A stretch of DNA of 62,264 bases from a virus, in IMG/VR virus record IMGVR_UViG_3300015078_000002, positions 1-62,264 of that record. The stretch is one strand, 5' to 3'. This document shows positions 25,006-34,631 of this stretch, piece by piece. The notes under the pieces were generated by a model. It had not been told where the DNA came from, made no database searches, and saw nothing but the letters and a program-made list of their open reading frames with translations. Numbering within the stretch: position 1 is the first letter of the stretch; each line of letters begins with the position of its first letter. The translations under genes were made by a program, and so were the position numbers.

Positions 25006-26891
25006 TACCCCTCCCTGAGCGCGGCGAACGCGCTGGATGGGTTCTTTGCCGCGTCGCGGAACGATTCGATCAGCCCGAACGCCATGCGGTCTGGATTATC
25101 GCTCTGCACCTCGATGCGCGCGATGTGGACGTTGACGTTGGGCTTCTCGGACATCGGCTTGTGCGTACCCGTCGGATCATCCGACGCCTCGCGCATGAGC
25201 TTGACCAGCGAGATCGGATCGATCTGCAGCCCGTGCGAGTTGAGGTACGCGAGGATACTCTGCTGCGCCTTGGCGACGTCGAGCGTCTGCTGCTGGTAGT
25301 CGGTCAGTGAGGTCAGCCCCGATTCCCACACCGTCAGCGTCGTGAGTTGGAGATCGGCCTGCCGCTGCCCGAGCTCCGCGGCCTTGGCGTTCATCTGGTC
25401 GGCGAACGCCTTCATGCCGCCGGCCTTGGAGATGTCGTCGTTGCCGATGCCCATCGCTTCCATCGCGTTGCGCTTGTCGATGGCTGGGTCGCCCTGCGCC
25501 GCGGCGCGACTGACATCGCCCGCCAGATTGCCAAGCTGTTTGTAGCGCTCCTGCGACCCGGCGAGGTTAGTGATCGCGCGCCCCGCATCAGGCTGCGCCG
25601 CAGCTGCTCGCTCGAGCGCGTCGCTGAGCGAGTCACTGGCGCGCTTGACGCGCTCGAGCTCCCTGCCGACCTCACCGATCGCCAGGTTGTGCAACCCCTC
25701 CTTGAGTCCGGTCGCCTCGCTGACAATCGACCCGAACGCGTAGCCGACCGCTGCGCTCTGCGCCAGCAGCGGGATCGCGCCAGCGATGTTGCCCATACCC
25801 ATCTGCGTTCGCATCCCGCTGCCCATGTTGCGTTGCTCGCCCTCTTGCAGCGGGCCCGACATCGCGCCCATGCCACCGGCCCATCCCGCGAGCCGTCCGA
25901 CGCCACCACCCGCGCCGAGCAGACCGCCGCCGAGCGCGCCGCCAATCTTCACGGCAAGCCAGATCTTGCCCATCGTCATGAGCGCTTCACGGTGCTCGAC
26001 GAGGAATCCGATCGCGTCCTTCACGACGCCGAACCCGTGCGCGAGCCCTTCTCCGAGATCGCGACCGATCTTCTCGACGGTGACGGCGTTCTTATCGAGC
26101 CACGCGTTCCACTTCGCGACCTCGGCCGTGATCGCCTTGAACAGCGGTAGCCCAACCTTGCCGAGCGCGATCTGAATCTTGTCTTCGAGCGTCGACGTCA
26201 CGCCCGCCCACGAGTCGGTGAAGGCGGCCTGCGCGTTGTGCATCGCCTCGGAGTCGAGCGTCTTCATCACGAGCGTCTTGCGCTGCTCGGCGTTGAGCTT
26301 GCGGAATTCCTCCTCGTTGGTATGCGCCATCCCGAGGAGCTGCTTGGCAAACATCATGCGCTGGCTGACGTTGCCGGACAGCATCTCGGAGATCTCGAGG
26401 GAGGAGTAGGCGCTCTCGTATCCGAACGCCTTCGCTGCGATCACGCCTTTTTCGGTGATCGTCGTCAGGTCTTTGATCGATCCGCCGGCCTGGAACGTCG
26501 CGACCGCCACGGCCTTGCCGAACGTCATGATCTCCGACGTCGTGACCGGCGTCTGCGTCGAGAACTTCTGAAACTCGTCGTAGAGCCCGGCGGCCGATTC
26601 GGTGGCCTTGTCCCACGAGCCGCCGAGGTTGCCCTGGATCATCGCGGACAGGCCGATCTTGGCGCTCTGGACGTTGGCGTTGAAGTCGATCAAGTTTTTC
26701 TTGAGCACGTCAAACCCGCGCTTGCCCAGCTCGATCGCCTGCATGCCGAGCGCGATGAACGCGCCCTTGGCCAGCTCGGAGTTGCGCGCGAGATCCTTGA
26801 CGTTCTCGTTCAGGCCCTTGACGCCTGCCTGCCCCGCACGCGAATCGATCGCGTACTTCACGTTGACGAGGTAGGTAGTTTCGCTTGCCAT
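25005..26891 (-). CDS. Tape measure protein
   Basis: 628 aa, helical. Gly-rich hydrophobic core ...GGALGGGLLGAGGGVGRLAGWAGGMGAM... Located after the chaperone pair. Confidence 0.8.
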   Translation of the reverse strand: MASETTYLVNVKYAIDSRAGQAGVKGLNENVKDLARNSELAKGAFIALGMQAIELGKRGFDVLKKNLIDFNANVQSAKIGLSAMIQGNLGGSWDKATESAAGLYDEFQKFSTQTPVTTSEIMTFGKAVAVATFQAGGSIKDLTTITEKGVIAAKAFGYESAYSSLEISEMLSGNVSQRMMFAKQLLGMAHTNEEEFRKLNAEQRKTLVMKTLDSEAMHNAQAAFTDSWAGVTSTLEDKIQIALGKVGLPLFKAITAEVAKWNAWLDKNAVTVEKIGRDLGEGLAHGFGVVKDAIGFLVEHREALMTMGKIWLAVKIGGALGGGLLGAGGGVGRLAGWAGGMGAMSGPLQEGEQRNMGSGMRTQMGMGNIAGAIPLLAQSAAVGYAFGSIVSEATGLKEGLHNLAIGEVGRELERVKRASDSLSDALERAAAAQPDAGRAITNLAGSQERYKQLGNLAGDVSRAAAQGDPAIDKRNAMEAMGIGNDDISKAGGMKAFADQMNAKAAELGQRQADLQLTTLTVWESGLTSLTDYQQQTLDVAKAQQSILAYLNSHGLQIDPISLVKLMREASDDPTGTHKPMSEKPNVNVHIARIEVQSDNPDRMAFGLIESFRDAAKNPSSAFAALREG

Positions 26892-26893
26892 AC

Positions 26894-27594
26894 TCAGCGG
26901 TCTTCTTTGGGTCGCGCGCTCCCACGCTCGTTCGATATCTCGATCAGGTCATTCAGCGTCTCGCCGGCGAGGTACCGGTCGGTAAGGGTCAGGTCGAGAA
27001 AGTCGTCGTACGTGCCGGGGTACCCGTGCCAGTACAGCCGCGTGAACTCGCCCCAGGCTAGCCGCCGGACCTCCCAGGATCGGCGCTTGCGGGGGTCCCG
27101 CTTGTCGGAAGAGCGAACGCGCCGACGGTCTGCCCTCCCCTCAACCCCTCAATGAACTCCTCGAAGGGCAGGCCGTTGGTGTCGTTGTAGTAGCGCGACA
27201 TCGCGTCCCAGATGCGCTTCCCGAAGTTGTTGATCTCGGCGAGCGGGGTGCCGTTCGCGTTCACGTGGCGATACACGACCGCGCCGCCGCGCAACTCGCC
27301 GAACCCAACGATCGCCAGCCGGATGCACTCGCGTTCCTCGGCCTCGTTGCTGAGCTTGAAGCTGGCCTTCTCGATCCCGCTCATGAGCGAATCGGCCATC
27401 GTGGCGGCCTCGATGACGTCGCGCGACCGCAGCTCGCGCATGAAGACCTCGCGGATCTCGGTGACCACGAGGGGCAGCACGTAGCGCTTGATCGGCCACG
27501 GGAACGGGTAGCGCTGGCGCAGCTCGCGCGAGAAATCGTCGAGCACTTGGCTCGCCGCTGGGGGGCCTGTGTCTTTGGTCGCTAGAAGTTCCAT
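26894..27594 (-). CDS. Candidate -1 frameshift fusion product of the tail assembly chaperone (G-T / E-E' type)
   Basis: The -1 frame is open from 27148 to TGA 26896-26894 (...WGEFTRLYWHGYPGTYDDFLDLTLTDRYLAGETLNDLIEISNERG...). It has no ATG/GTG/TTG of its own and ends 2 nt before the TMP start. Confidence 0.45.
27058..27594 (-). CDS. Tail assembly chaperone (0-frame product)
   Basis: 178 aa, between the tube gene and the tape measure. MELLATKDTGPPAASQVLDDFSRELRQRYPFPWPIK... Confidence 0.55.
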   Translation of the reverse strand: MELLATKDTGPPAASQVLDDFSRELRQRYPFPWPIKRYVLPLVVTEIREVFMRELRSRDVIEAATMADSLMSGIEKASFKLSNEAEERECIRLAIVGFGELRGGAVVYRHVNANGTPLAEINNFGKRIWDAMSRYYNDTNGLPFEEFIEGLRGGQTVGAFALPTSGTPASADPGRSGG

Positions 27595-27633
27595 GGTTGC
27601 TCCAGTGCTACCGGCGAAGCCGCGCCGGCTCGG

Positions 27634-28077
27634 TTACACGTTCAGCAGATCGCGGCGCTTGAACTTGCCGCTGAATTTCCCTTTGACGATTTCCTTGCGT
27701 CCGCCGAACGTCTCCTCGTCCTGCTTGAGGAATCCGGCATGGAACACGGCGACGCGCCCGCGGATGCTCGGGTCCGTGAACGTGTAGATCACGGTGATGG
27801 TGATCTCGGCGGGCCGCGCGTGCGCCTGTTCGCGCGCGATGAGATCGTCGGTATAGTTGATCGCCGCGTCGTCGGTGGTGTCGATCGAGAACCCGACGTC
27901 CCATCCGTGGTGCTGGATGTCGAGATCGGTCTCGAGCTCACCGAGGTAGTCGTCCTCGTTGATCGTCGTGCGTGGGGTCGCGGTGAAGTCGCGCACCTTG
28001 ATCATCGAGCCGGATTGAACCTCGCCATCGACGGCGATCTTGATGGTTGCTCCTGAGCCACGCGTTTTTAAAGCCAC
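27634..28077 (-). CDS. Tail tube protein
   Basis: 147 aa, directly downstream of the sheath gene. Beta-rich sequence. Confidence 0.6.
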   Translation of the reverse strand: MALKTRGSGATIKIAVDGEVQSGSMIKVRDFTATPRTTINEDDYLGELETDLDIQHHGWDVGFSIDTTDDAAINYTDDLIAREQAHARPAEITITVIYTFTDPSIRGRVAVFHAGFLKQDEETFGGRKEIVKGKFSGKFKRRDLLNV

Positions 28078-28090
28078 CGTCGATCTCCTT

Positions 28091-29626
28091 TTACTGATGC
28101 TGAATCACAGTGCCCGTGGCTATGTCGGTGTCGAGCACGACGGCGAGCATGTGCCCGATGAGCCGCACCCGCTCGAGCAAGTGCTCCTCGCCCTGCGCGC
28201 GCTGCGCCGGCGTGTTCACGCTGATGTTGTCGATGGAGAAGTCCTCGACGACGCGCGGGATCACCTTGAGCCCGAGCAGAAACGCGGTGACCTCGGCGGC
28301 CATCTGCGCGCGGATCTCCGGGGTGTTCTTCCCTTTGACGTACGTGCGTAGCCGGCTCGCCTGGCTCAGCTGCAGGAAGTCCGCCATCCGCCGCCGCGCC
28401 AGCTCGGTGCGGCCCGGCGTGAGGCTCGTGGTCACGACCGAGCGGAACTGGAACCCATCCGAGTTGCGCTCGAGGGTAGAGATGCCGGCGGACTTGAGCG
28501 CGATCAGGTCGAGCCGCGTGAGCGCCGTGTTGGTGACCCGCGTGATGCCCGCGAGGAGCGCCACGGTCTGGAATGACCCCGCGTGGATGTCGACGTCGAT
28601 CTGCGACAGGATCGACGCGAGCCACACGTGAGGCGCGGTCTGAACCTCCTGCGTCGTTGACGGGTCGATCGTGAACGCCGAGTTGAAACACCACACGATG
28701 CGATCGGTCCGCGTGGTGATCTGCGTACCGATCTGCGTGACCTCGGTCGCGACCGGCTGCCCGTGAACCTGTGCCCAGGTCAGGAAGATGCGATCGGCGA
28801 TCGTGGCCGACAGCGTGACGAGGCTCGAGTGGTAGGTCGCGCTCGAACCCGCGACCGCCTCGGGCACGATCACGGTCGAGATCCCGGGGTACACCGCCAG
28901 GTTTCCGACGCCGGCCGTATAGTCGCCCACGACGAGCGTGCCATCGGTTCCCGCGACCGAGGTATACGCGGCAACGGTCTGGCCGAGCAGCGTGTAGCCG
29001 TTGGTATCTGCCCCGTCGACGGTCGCCGCGCTGTTGTTCGGCCGGCCCGCGGCGATCTTCGTCAGGTTGACCAGCCGCGCGACGTCCGAGCCGACGAGCG
29101 CCGCGGTGTTGTCGTTCGTCCCGCTGATGTCGACGTTCTGATAGACCGTGCTCTTGCCGAGGTACTGCAGGGTCAGGTTGAAGTGGTTCGCGTTGCCATC
29201 GGTGGCCGCCGCGACGTTCCACCCGACAGCCCCGCCCCACGCGCCGACGCTCGACGCGTCGATCTGCAGGACCGCGGTTCCCGCGCCGCCGGCCGCCGTC
29301 TCGAGCGTGAATGACGCCTTGACCGCATCGGCCGCGCGAACGCGCTGGATGACCAGCGAGCCGAACGACTTGTTGAGCAGCGCCTTCCAGACCTCGCCGA
29401 CGATCGCGCCGCCCGAGCCCTGGTCGCGCGCGCCGAAGATGTCCAGGAACCGCCCGACGCTGGTGATCGGCTGCGGGTCGTCCGGCCCGCGGACACAGCG
29501 CCCGCCGATGCCGGTCGTCTGAAAGTCGGCGCCACGGATGAACCCCGTCGGCCCGCGCTCGGCGATGTAAAGCCCCTCGAGCTTGGCGTAGTCGGAGGGG
29601 TTGCTCGAAAAATAAACATCGCTCAA
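28091..29626 (-). CDS. Contractile tail sheath protein
   Basis: 511 aa. The N-terminus ...LEGLYIAERGPTGFIRGADFQTTGIGGRCVRGPDDPQPITSVGRFLDIFG and the size are typical of sheath proteins. Confidence 0.8.
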   Translation of the reverse strand: MSDVYFSSNPSDYAKLEGLYIAERGPTGFIRGADFQTTGIGGRCVRGPDDPQPITSVGRFLDIFGARDQGSGGAIVGEVWKALLNKSFGSLVIQRVRAADAVKASFTLETAAGGAGTAVLQIDASSVGAWGGAVGWNVAAATDGNANHFNLTLQYLGKSTVYQNVDISGTNDNTAALVGSDVARLVNLTKIAAGRPNNSAATVDGADTNGYTLLGQTVAAYTSVAGTDGTLVVGDYTAGVGNLAVYPGISTVIVPEAVAGSSATYHSSLVTLSATIADRIFLTWAQVHGQPVATEVTQIGTQITTRTDRIVWCFNSAFTIDPSTTQEVQTAPHVWLASILSQIDVDIHAGSFQTVALLAGITRVTNTALTRLDLIALKSAGISTLERNSDGFQFRSVVTTSLTPGRTELARRRMADFLQLSQASRLRTYVKGKNTPEIRAQMAAEVTAFLLGLKVIPRVVEDFSIDNISVNTPAQRAQGEEHLLERVRLIGHMLAVVLDTDIATGTVIQHQ

Positions 29627-30279
29627 GGGGCGCTCCTCGTGATGGTCCCGTCCGCGTTGATCGTGATCAGCTCGACGGTGGGATCGCCGACCGGCGGCGC
29701 CGTAGTCGCATCTGTCGGCGTTGGCGTGACGTCAACGCCCATGATCAGCGCCGTCATCGTGTACACGGGCGAGTCGACGGTGAGCGCGGGGATCGTGGCG
29801 TTGACGATCATGCGGCTCTCGTAGCGCCGGTCCATCGCCAGCGTCTCGACCCACTCGTCGGAGTCGAGCTCGAACGAGGACGACCAGCGCGAGACTTCGG
29901 GGCAATTCGAGATCAGGAACGCGATCACGCCCGGCATGTGCATGCCGGTCAGCGGGTGTTTGCTCGAGAGAAACAGGTCGATCACCTGCTGCTCGAGCGT
30001 GGCGCGCTGGCGCGGCGAGGTCGCCATGATCGACACAACGCACGACGCCTCGTGGTTGCCGACGTCGTACACCACCACGTTGCCGGGCAGGGTCGCGGTC
30101 TGCGCCGCCTGATCCATCGCGTACATCCAGCGCGTGGGCTCGATCGACAGGTTCGGCAGCTTCTCGAGCTCACCGCTCGGCGCCTGGCCGGCGCACGTGC
30201 GCCCGACCAGCGCAGGAATCTGCGACTCGACCAGCGCGGTGAACGCCTCGAGCGCCTCGATGCGGACGACGCACGTCAC
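29623..30279 (-). CDS. Virion protein upstream of sheath (tail completion candidate)
   Basis: GTG 30279 in a GTGA overlap. TCVVRIEALEAFTALVESQIPALVG... Assigned by position only. Confidence 0.5.
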   Translation of the reverse strand: MTCVVRIEALEAFTALVESQIPALVGRTCAGQAPSGELEKLPNLSIEPTRWMYAMDQAAQTATLPGNVVVYDVGNHEASCVVSIMATSPRQRATLEQQVIDLFLSSKHPLTGMHMPGVIAFLISNCPEVSRWSSSFELDSDEWVETLAMDRRYESRMIVNATIPALTVDSPVYTMTALIMGVDVTPTPTDATTAPPVGDPTVELITINADGTITRSAP

Positions 30280-30851
30280 GGCTGCGCCTCGGCATTGGCG
30301 AGCGCGCGCTCGACCTCTTCGACCATCGCGGCCTTGATGTCGGGCATCGCGTTGCGCACGAACAGCCGCGCCGGCGTGCCCTTGACCGCGATTCGATGGA
30401 CGATCGCGTTGGTGATCGCGCTGATCACCGGATCGTCCCCGTGGTAGGGCGCGGTCGGTCCCATCACGCTCTTGCGCGGGCGCATGCGGCCTTTGCCGCC
30501 CATCACACCGCCCCGATGGTGCCGGCGGACCCACTCGTAGATCGCCGTCCATCCGGCCGGTGACATCTTGTGGGGCCGCGAGCCGAGCTCCACGGCGGCC
30601 ATCGCCGGATGATCGTTCTCAAGGGTCGCGAGCACGCCGTCGGCCACGCCCTCGAAATCGGCGAGGCCCTTGTTGACCTTCCATGCGGCCTTCATCGGCC
30701 CCATGTCCACCGGCGTGACCGCGACGACGACAGCGCGCCCCCGGTGCGCCCCCGCGAGCGCGCCGCGGGCGATGGCCCGGCGGATCTTGCGCTCGCCGCC
30801 CTTGAGCGCGGCCGCCAGCTCGCGCATGTCGACCTCGATCACGGAACCCAT
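30276..30851 (-). CDS. HK97 gp10-like head-tail joining protein
   Basis: ...AVVVAVTPVDMGPMKAAWKV... and ...PAMAAVELGSRPH... resemble the gp10 family (TPxDTGxL / xVExG) motifs. Confidence 0.55.
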   Translation of the reverse strand: MGSVIEVDMRELAAALKGGERKIRRAIARGALAGAHRGRAVVVAVTPVDMGPMKAAWKVNKGLADFEGVADGVLATLENDHPAMAAVELGSRPHKMSPAGWTAIYEWVRRHHRGGVMGGKGRMRPRKSVMGPTAPYHGDDPVISAITNAIVHRIAVKGTPARLFVRNAMPDIKAAMVEEVERALANAEAQP

Positions 30852-31345
30852 GGCGGCGCGGCCTCCACGCGACGGAGGTTCAACACCCAGCCCATATCGA
30901 CCTCGCGATCAATGAACGGCGGCACGATGTGCGTCCATACGCGCAGCGGCGAGCCTTGCCCGTGCGCTTCGCCGATCGCGATGATGATCTCCTGGTTCGC
31001 CGCGAGCGGCTGACCGGTGAGATCGCTGTCCGAGTAGGTCAGCGAGACCTCGGTCAGCCGCACGTCGCCCAGCTCGCGAATACCGCAGACCGCCTGCACG
31101 TACTTCAGGCCGTCCCACTGCTTCACCCGAGGCTGCGGTCGGATCTCGGCGCCGACGTCGACGGGATCGCCATCGCCCGCGACCTGTCCCGTCCACGTGC
31201 GGATCACGCGGTAGGTCCGGTACGCGCGCACGCCGAATTGCGGGTGGAGCTCCTCGCGTAGCCCGTCGATCACATCGGGCACGAGCGAGTCCACCAGGAC
31301 GTTTGGGTCCAGGACTGCCGAGCCGATGAGAACCGGGGTCGCCAT
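30839..31345 (-). CDS. Head-tail region structural protein (168 aa)
   Basis: ATG 31345, MATPVLIGSAVLDPNVLVDSLVPDVIDGLREELHPQFG... The track ORF N-terminal extension was rejected. Confidence 0.55.
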   Translation of the reverse strand: MATPVLIGSAVLDPNVLVDSLVPDVIDGLREELHPQFGVRAYRTYRVIRTWTGQVAGDGDPVDVGAEIRPQPRVKQWDGLKYVQAVCGIRELGDVRLTEVSLTYSDSDLTGQPLAANQEIIIAIGEAHGQGSPLRVWTHIVPPFIDREVDMGWVLNLRRVEAAPPWVP

Positions 31346-31347
31346 GA

Positions 31348-32076
31348 TCAGGACAGCGTCGCCGCCTTGCGGAGCGCGATCGTGGCCGCGATGGCCGGCG
31401 TCGTGCTGCCGGTCAGGTGCAGCCGGATCGCGTTGTGCGGCCCGGTGACGGTGAGCGGGGTCGCCGCGTTGCTGGTCGTGATCGCGGCTCCGCGGTTCGT
31501 CCAGACCGGCACGGCGACCGTCGGGTCCTCGGTGGTCTGCGCCTGCACGGAGCCGCCGCCGAACGTGCCGGTGACGGTGATGATCGCGTCCTGGCACTCG
31601 AACATCGACACCGCGCTGTCGCCGTCGGCGGTGATCGCGAACACCTTGCTGACGATGTTCAGGGGCGCCGAGATCGCGGCGAGCGCGTCGCTGCCGAAGC
31701 TGGCCGCGACCAGGCCGCCGGCGCCGGGGTTGACGGTGGCGACGTTCTGATCGAGCGCCGAGACTTGGTGGACGATGTTCAGCGTGTCCGCCGTCGCCAC
31801 CGCGATGCGAACGCCGAGCGCGCCGAGCGTGTCCAGGTCGCCCGCGTTGTGGACGACCTTGTACCAGCCGTTGGTGAGCTCGGTGATGGCTGTGCCGCCG
31901 TTGGGCGCCGCGAACGCCCCGCCCGCCTTGCTGATCGTCATGACCGGAACCAGCCCGGTCGCGTCCGTCGAGTCCGCGCTCTTGACGAGGTGAAACACCC
32001 ACGTCGCTTGCGCGGCGGTCGCCTCGGAGAGCGTGAAGATCATCGGGCTTGCGGTGCTGCAGGGTGCGGTCGCCAT
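31348..32076 (-). CDS. Structural protein (242 aa), function unassigned
   Basis: ATG 32076 after AAAGGAC. ...VPVMTISKAGGAFAAPNGGTAITELTNGWYKVVHNAGDLDT... Confidence 0.6.
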   Translation of the reverse strand: MATAPCSTASPMIFTLSEATAAQATWVFHLVKSADSTDATGLVPVMTISKAGGAFAAPNGGTAITELTNGWYKVVHNAGDLDTLGALGVRIAVATADTLNIVHQVSALDQNVATVNPGAGGLVAASFGSDALAAISAPLNIVSKVFAITADGDSAVSMFECQDAIITVTGTFGGGSVQAQTTEDPTVAVPVWTNRGAAITTSNAATPLTVTGPHNAIRLHLTGSTTPAIAATIALRKAATLS

Positions 32077-32102
32077 GTTGTCCTTTGCTCAGTAGATCCA
32101 AC

Positions 32103-32145
32103 GTCGCGCGTGGGCGGCACTGGAGCGTATCGCTCCACGCGCGAC
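32103..32145 (-). other. Strong intergenic hairpin
   Basis: GTCGCGCGTGG (32103-32113) pairs with CCACGCGCGAC (32135-32145). An inner GGAGCG/CGCTCC pairing is possible. No U-tract. Confidence 0.5.
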
Positions 32146-32155
32146 GAGGAATTGA

Positions 32156-32554
32156 TCATCCCATCATCTGCGAGTTGCCGCCTCCGATGGGTCCGCCGAA
32201 GCCGGCGCGCCAGCGCGGCAGGTCTGGTGAGAACGGGTTGTCTCGGACCTCGCAGCCGAGGAGCGTTGCCAGCCGGCCGAGCCGCTCCGCGCCGCGCGAC
32301 CGCAGCCGCGAGAGCTCGCTCTCCGACAAGACGATCGAGCCGACCTTCGTGGCCTTGAACCGGGCCTCGCACGCCTGGATCGCGGCGTCGATCCGCGCGA
32401 GCTCCACGAGGTGCGTGCGGGCCTTGGCTTCGTCGTCGGGCATCGTCTCGATCGCCGACATCGCCCGCTCGAGCGCGGTGTCGTATTGCGCAAAGCGCGC
32501 GCTCCATCCCATGTACTCGCGGATGGTCGCCTTCTCTGCGCCCGTGAACGCCAT
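32156..32554 (-). CDS. Head-module hypothetical protein (132 aa)
   Basis: MAFTGAEKATIREYMGWSARFAQYDTALERAMSAIETMPDDEAK... Confidence 0.6.
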   Translation of the reverse strand: MAFTGAEKATIREYMGWSARFAQYDTALERAMSAIETMPDDEAKARTHLVELARIDAAIQACEARFKATKVGSIVLSESELSRLRSRGAERLGRLATLLGCEVRDNPFSPDLPRWRAGFGGPIGGGNSQMMG

Positions 32555-32555
32555 G

Positions 32556-33182
32556 CTAGCGGCCGGCCCTCTTTATCTCGGGCTTGACCGGCGCTGGCGC
32601 GGTCGGCTGCATCGGCGGCAGGACTAGCGGTGGCATGTCGTCGGGATCGTCGTCGGGGATCGGGACGATCCCGCCATCATCCACCGGCGCGCGCGCTCGG
32701 GGGGCGGGTTCGACGGCGGCCTCGACTTCGACGCTCGTGCCGTCGGTGCGCTGCATGACGATCCGCATCGGGGCCTTCTCGGCCTCGGCGCGCTGCGACA
32801 TCGCCTGGTCCCACTGCGCCCTGACCGCATCGGCCTTGCTCTCGGCGACCACCTGCGGCAACCGCGGGCCGGGGTTCGTGTGCCACGTCTCCTTGCCCTC
32901 CTTGATCGATCGTCGGCCGGGCCACGCCTCGCGCGTCGTGTTCACTTCGATCGCGGCGGGCACCATGTAGTGCTTGCTCGCGCCCCGCGTCTCGACGGTA
33001 TAGCCGCGTGAGAGCAGCGTGGTCTCGCCCGGGGCCAGCCTGATCATTCGCGGCGGCGAGCCGGGGACCGTGGCGATTTCGATGCGCGCGTCGAACGGGC
33101 TGACGTTGACGACGCGCACGTCGCCGCCCTCGCGCGCAGCGCGGTCAAACTCGATGTCACTTTCACTGCGGTGCGGTTGCAT
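32556..33182 (-). CDS. Head-module hypothetical protein (208 aa)
   Basis: Directly downstream of the capsid gene. Pro-rich C-terminal tail. Confidence 0.6.
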   Translation of the reverse strand: MQPHRSESDIEFDRAAREGGDVRVVNVSPFDARIEIATVPGSPPRMIRLAPGETTLLSRGYTVETRGASKHYMVPAAIEVNTTREAWPGRRSIKEGKETWHTNPGPRLPQVVAESKADAVRAQWDQAMSQRAEAEKAPMRIVMQRTDGTSVEVEAAVEPAPRARAPVDDGGIVPIPDDDPDDMPPLVLPPMQPTAPAPVKPEIKRAGR

Positions 33183-33207
33183 GCCTGCTCCTGTGCTCGG
33201 ATGATCT

Positions 33208-34254
33208 CTACAGCGCGGCGTCGAGATCCTTGATCACCCCGTTGCGGAACGGGTACCGGCACTGCAGTTGCGGGTACATGATCAGCTGGAACGGGTACGC
33301 GTCGCCCGTCGGCCCCAGCGCGTGGATGCGCGCCGTGAGCTTGCCGGTTGGCTGGCCGAGTTGCTCCTCCGGCGTGCCCATCACGGAGATCATCGCCATC
33401 GACTGGTTCGCCGCAGTGACTTGGTCGGGCAGCTGCAGCACGCGGATCGTCGCCGTGTTCAGCGCGACCATGTTGCCGGTCGGGCAGTCGACATCCTCGA
33501 GAATCGGCACGCCGTCGTGCTCCAGCATGGTGAATCCGCCGTCGAGCGCGATCTGCTGGCCGCGGAGCCGGATGTCCATCACGTAGCGGCGTTGCTGGCC
33601 GAATAGCGAGCCGTACTTGTTGTAGAGCTCGGGCGTGGTCACCCACAGATCCGGCTTCATGCCCGAGGCGCGGTAGATCTGCGCTCGCATCGCGCGCATG
33701 ACATCGAACGTGAGCGCGCGCCCGACGCCGCCGTTCGCGCTGACGTTGGACTGCCACTGCGTGCGCACGGCGCGGTCGATGCCGGCGTACGTACCCGTGT
33801 TCGAGAGCGGGCCGCCCGTCGCGAGCAGCCCGAAAATGAAGTTGGCCGCGCCCGACCCGACCCACAGATCGCCGGCGACACCCTTGGCGAGACGCTCGAC
33901 GCTGTCGCCGAGCTCGTCGACGAACAGGTTGCTCAGCTCCTCGGGATTGCGCGCCGCCGCCGCCATCGCCATCGCCTTGCCGGTGACGGAGAAGGCGGTG
34001 TCGTACGTGCCGAATTCGAGCGCGGCCGGGATCTTGTCGTCGTTGTCGAACGTCACGACGGCAGCGCCCTCGGCCCGGGCCGCTCCGACCGCGGTACCGA
34101 AGCGAGCGGCCCACGTGATGTTCTTTCCCGTGGTGCCGTTGCCGACGGGCAGCACCTGGAGCAGCACCGTGGCGCGGTTGATCTGTGACGCGATGCGATC
34201 CTCGAAGATCGTGGTCAGCGCCGAGGCGATTTGAGCGGTTGCGACGATCGACAA
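33208..34254 (-). CDS. Major capsid protein
   Basis: TTG 34254 after AGGAG. 348 aa, SIVATAQIASALTTIFEDRIASQINRATVLLQVLP... Assigned by size and position in the head module. Confidence 0.65.
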   Translation of the reverse strand: MSIVATAQIASALTTIFEDRIASQINRATVLLQVLPVGNGTTGKNITWAARFGTAVGAARAEGAAVVTFDNDDKIPAALEFGTYDTAFSVTGKAMAMAAAARNPEELSNLFVDELGDSVERLAKGVAGDLWVGSGAANFIFGLLATGGPLSNTGTYAGIDRAVRTQWQSNVSANGGVGRALTFDVMRAMRAQIYRASGMKPDLWVTTPELYNKYGSLFGQQRRYVMDIRLRGQQIALDGGFTMLEHDGVPILEDVDCPTGNMVALNTATIRVLQLPDQVTAANQSMAMISVMGTPEEQLGQPTGKLTARIHALGPTGDAYPFQLIMYPQLQCRYPFRNGVIKDLDAAL

Positions 34255-34437
34255 TGGAGGCTCCTGGGGCGGTGCACGCGGGTTCGCCCGCGCCGCGTTC
34301 GCCCAGGGTCATCCCCTGCCGTGCTCCCACTCCTGGCTCCACAGGAAGTGTAGTGAGTAATACGCTACGTGACACGACTAGAAAGTCAACGAAAATCGGC
34401 GGGTAGGCGATTTCGACGAATTCGGAGCGATCCCCCC

Positions 34438-34466
34438 TTGCGCCCGGTTTACTCCGGTGCTACAAA
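34438..34466 (+). promoter_or_regulatory. Sigma70-like promoter candidate (leaderless geometry) for the plus-strand cassette
   Basis: TTGCGC (34438-34443), 17 nt, TACAAA (34461-34466), 6 nt, ATG 34473. Spacer GTTTACTCCGGTGCTAC is nearly identical in layout to 10592-10608. Confidence 0.5.
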
Positions 34467-34472
34467 CTAAGC

Positions 34473-34631
34473 ATGAACAAAGCAATCGAGACCGCCGCCA
34501 ACAGCGGCTGCATCTTCGGTGTCGTTGTCGTCGCTGTCTTTGCGGTTTGCGGTCACTCGGCCGCCATGTGGCTCCTGCTCGCGCTCGTCGCCAACGTCGC
34601 GGCATTCGTCGCGGTATGGAGCCGGTCGTGA
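34473..34631 (+). CDS. Small two-TM membrane protein (52 aa)
   Basis: MNKAIETAANSGCIFGVVVVAVFAVCGHSAAMWLLLALVANVAAFVAVWSRS. Below the ORF-track cut-off. High GC3. Confidence 0.55.
   Translation: MNKAIETAANSGCIFGVVVVAVFAVCGHSAAMWLLLALVANVAAFVAVWSRS

Noticed and set aside
27058-27150. Canonical X XXY YYZ slippery heptamer for the chaperone frameshift
   Set aside because: I scanned the whole overlap window codon by codon and found none. The frameshift call therefore rests on ORF geometry and conservation of the phenomenon, not on an identified shift site.
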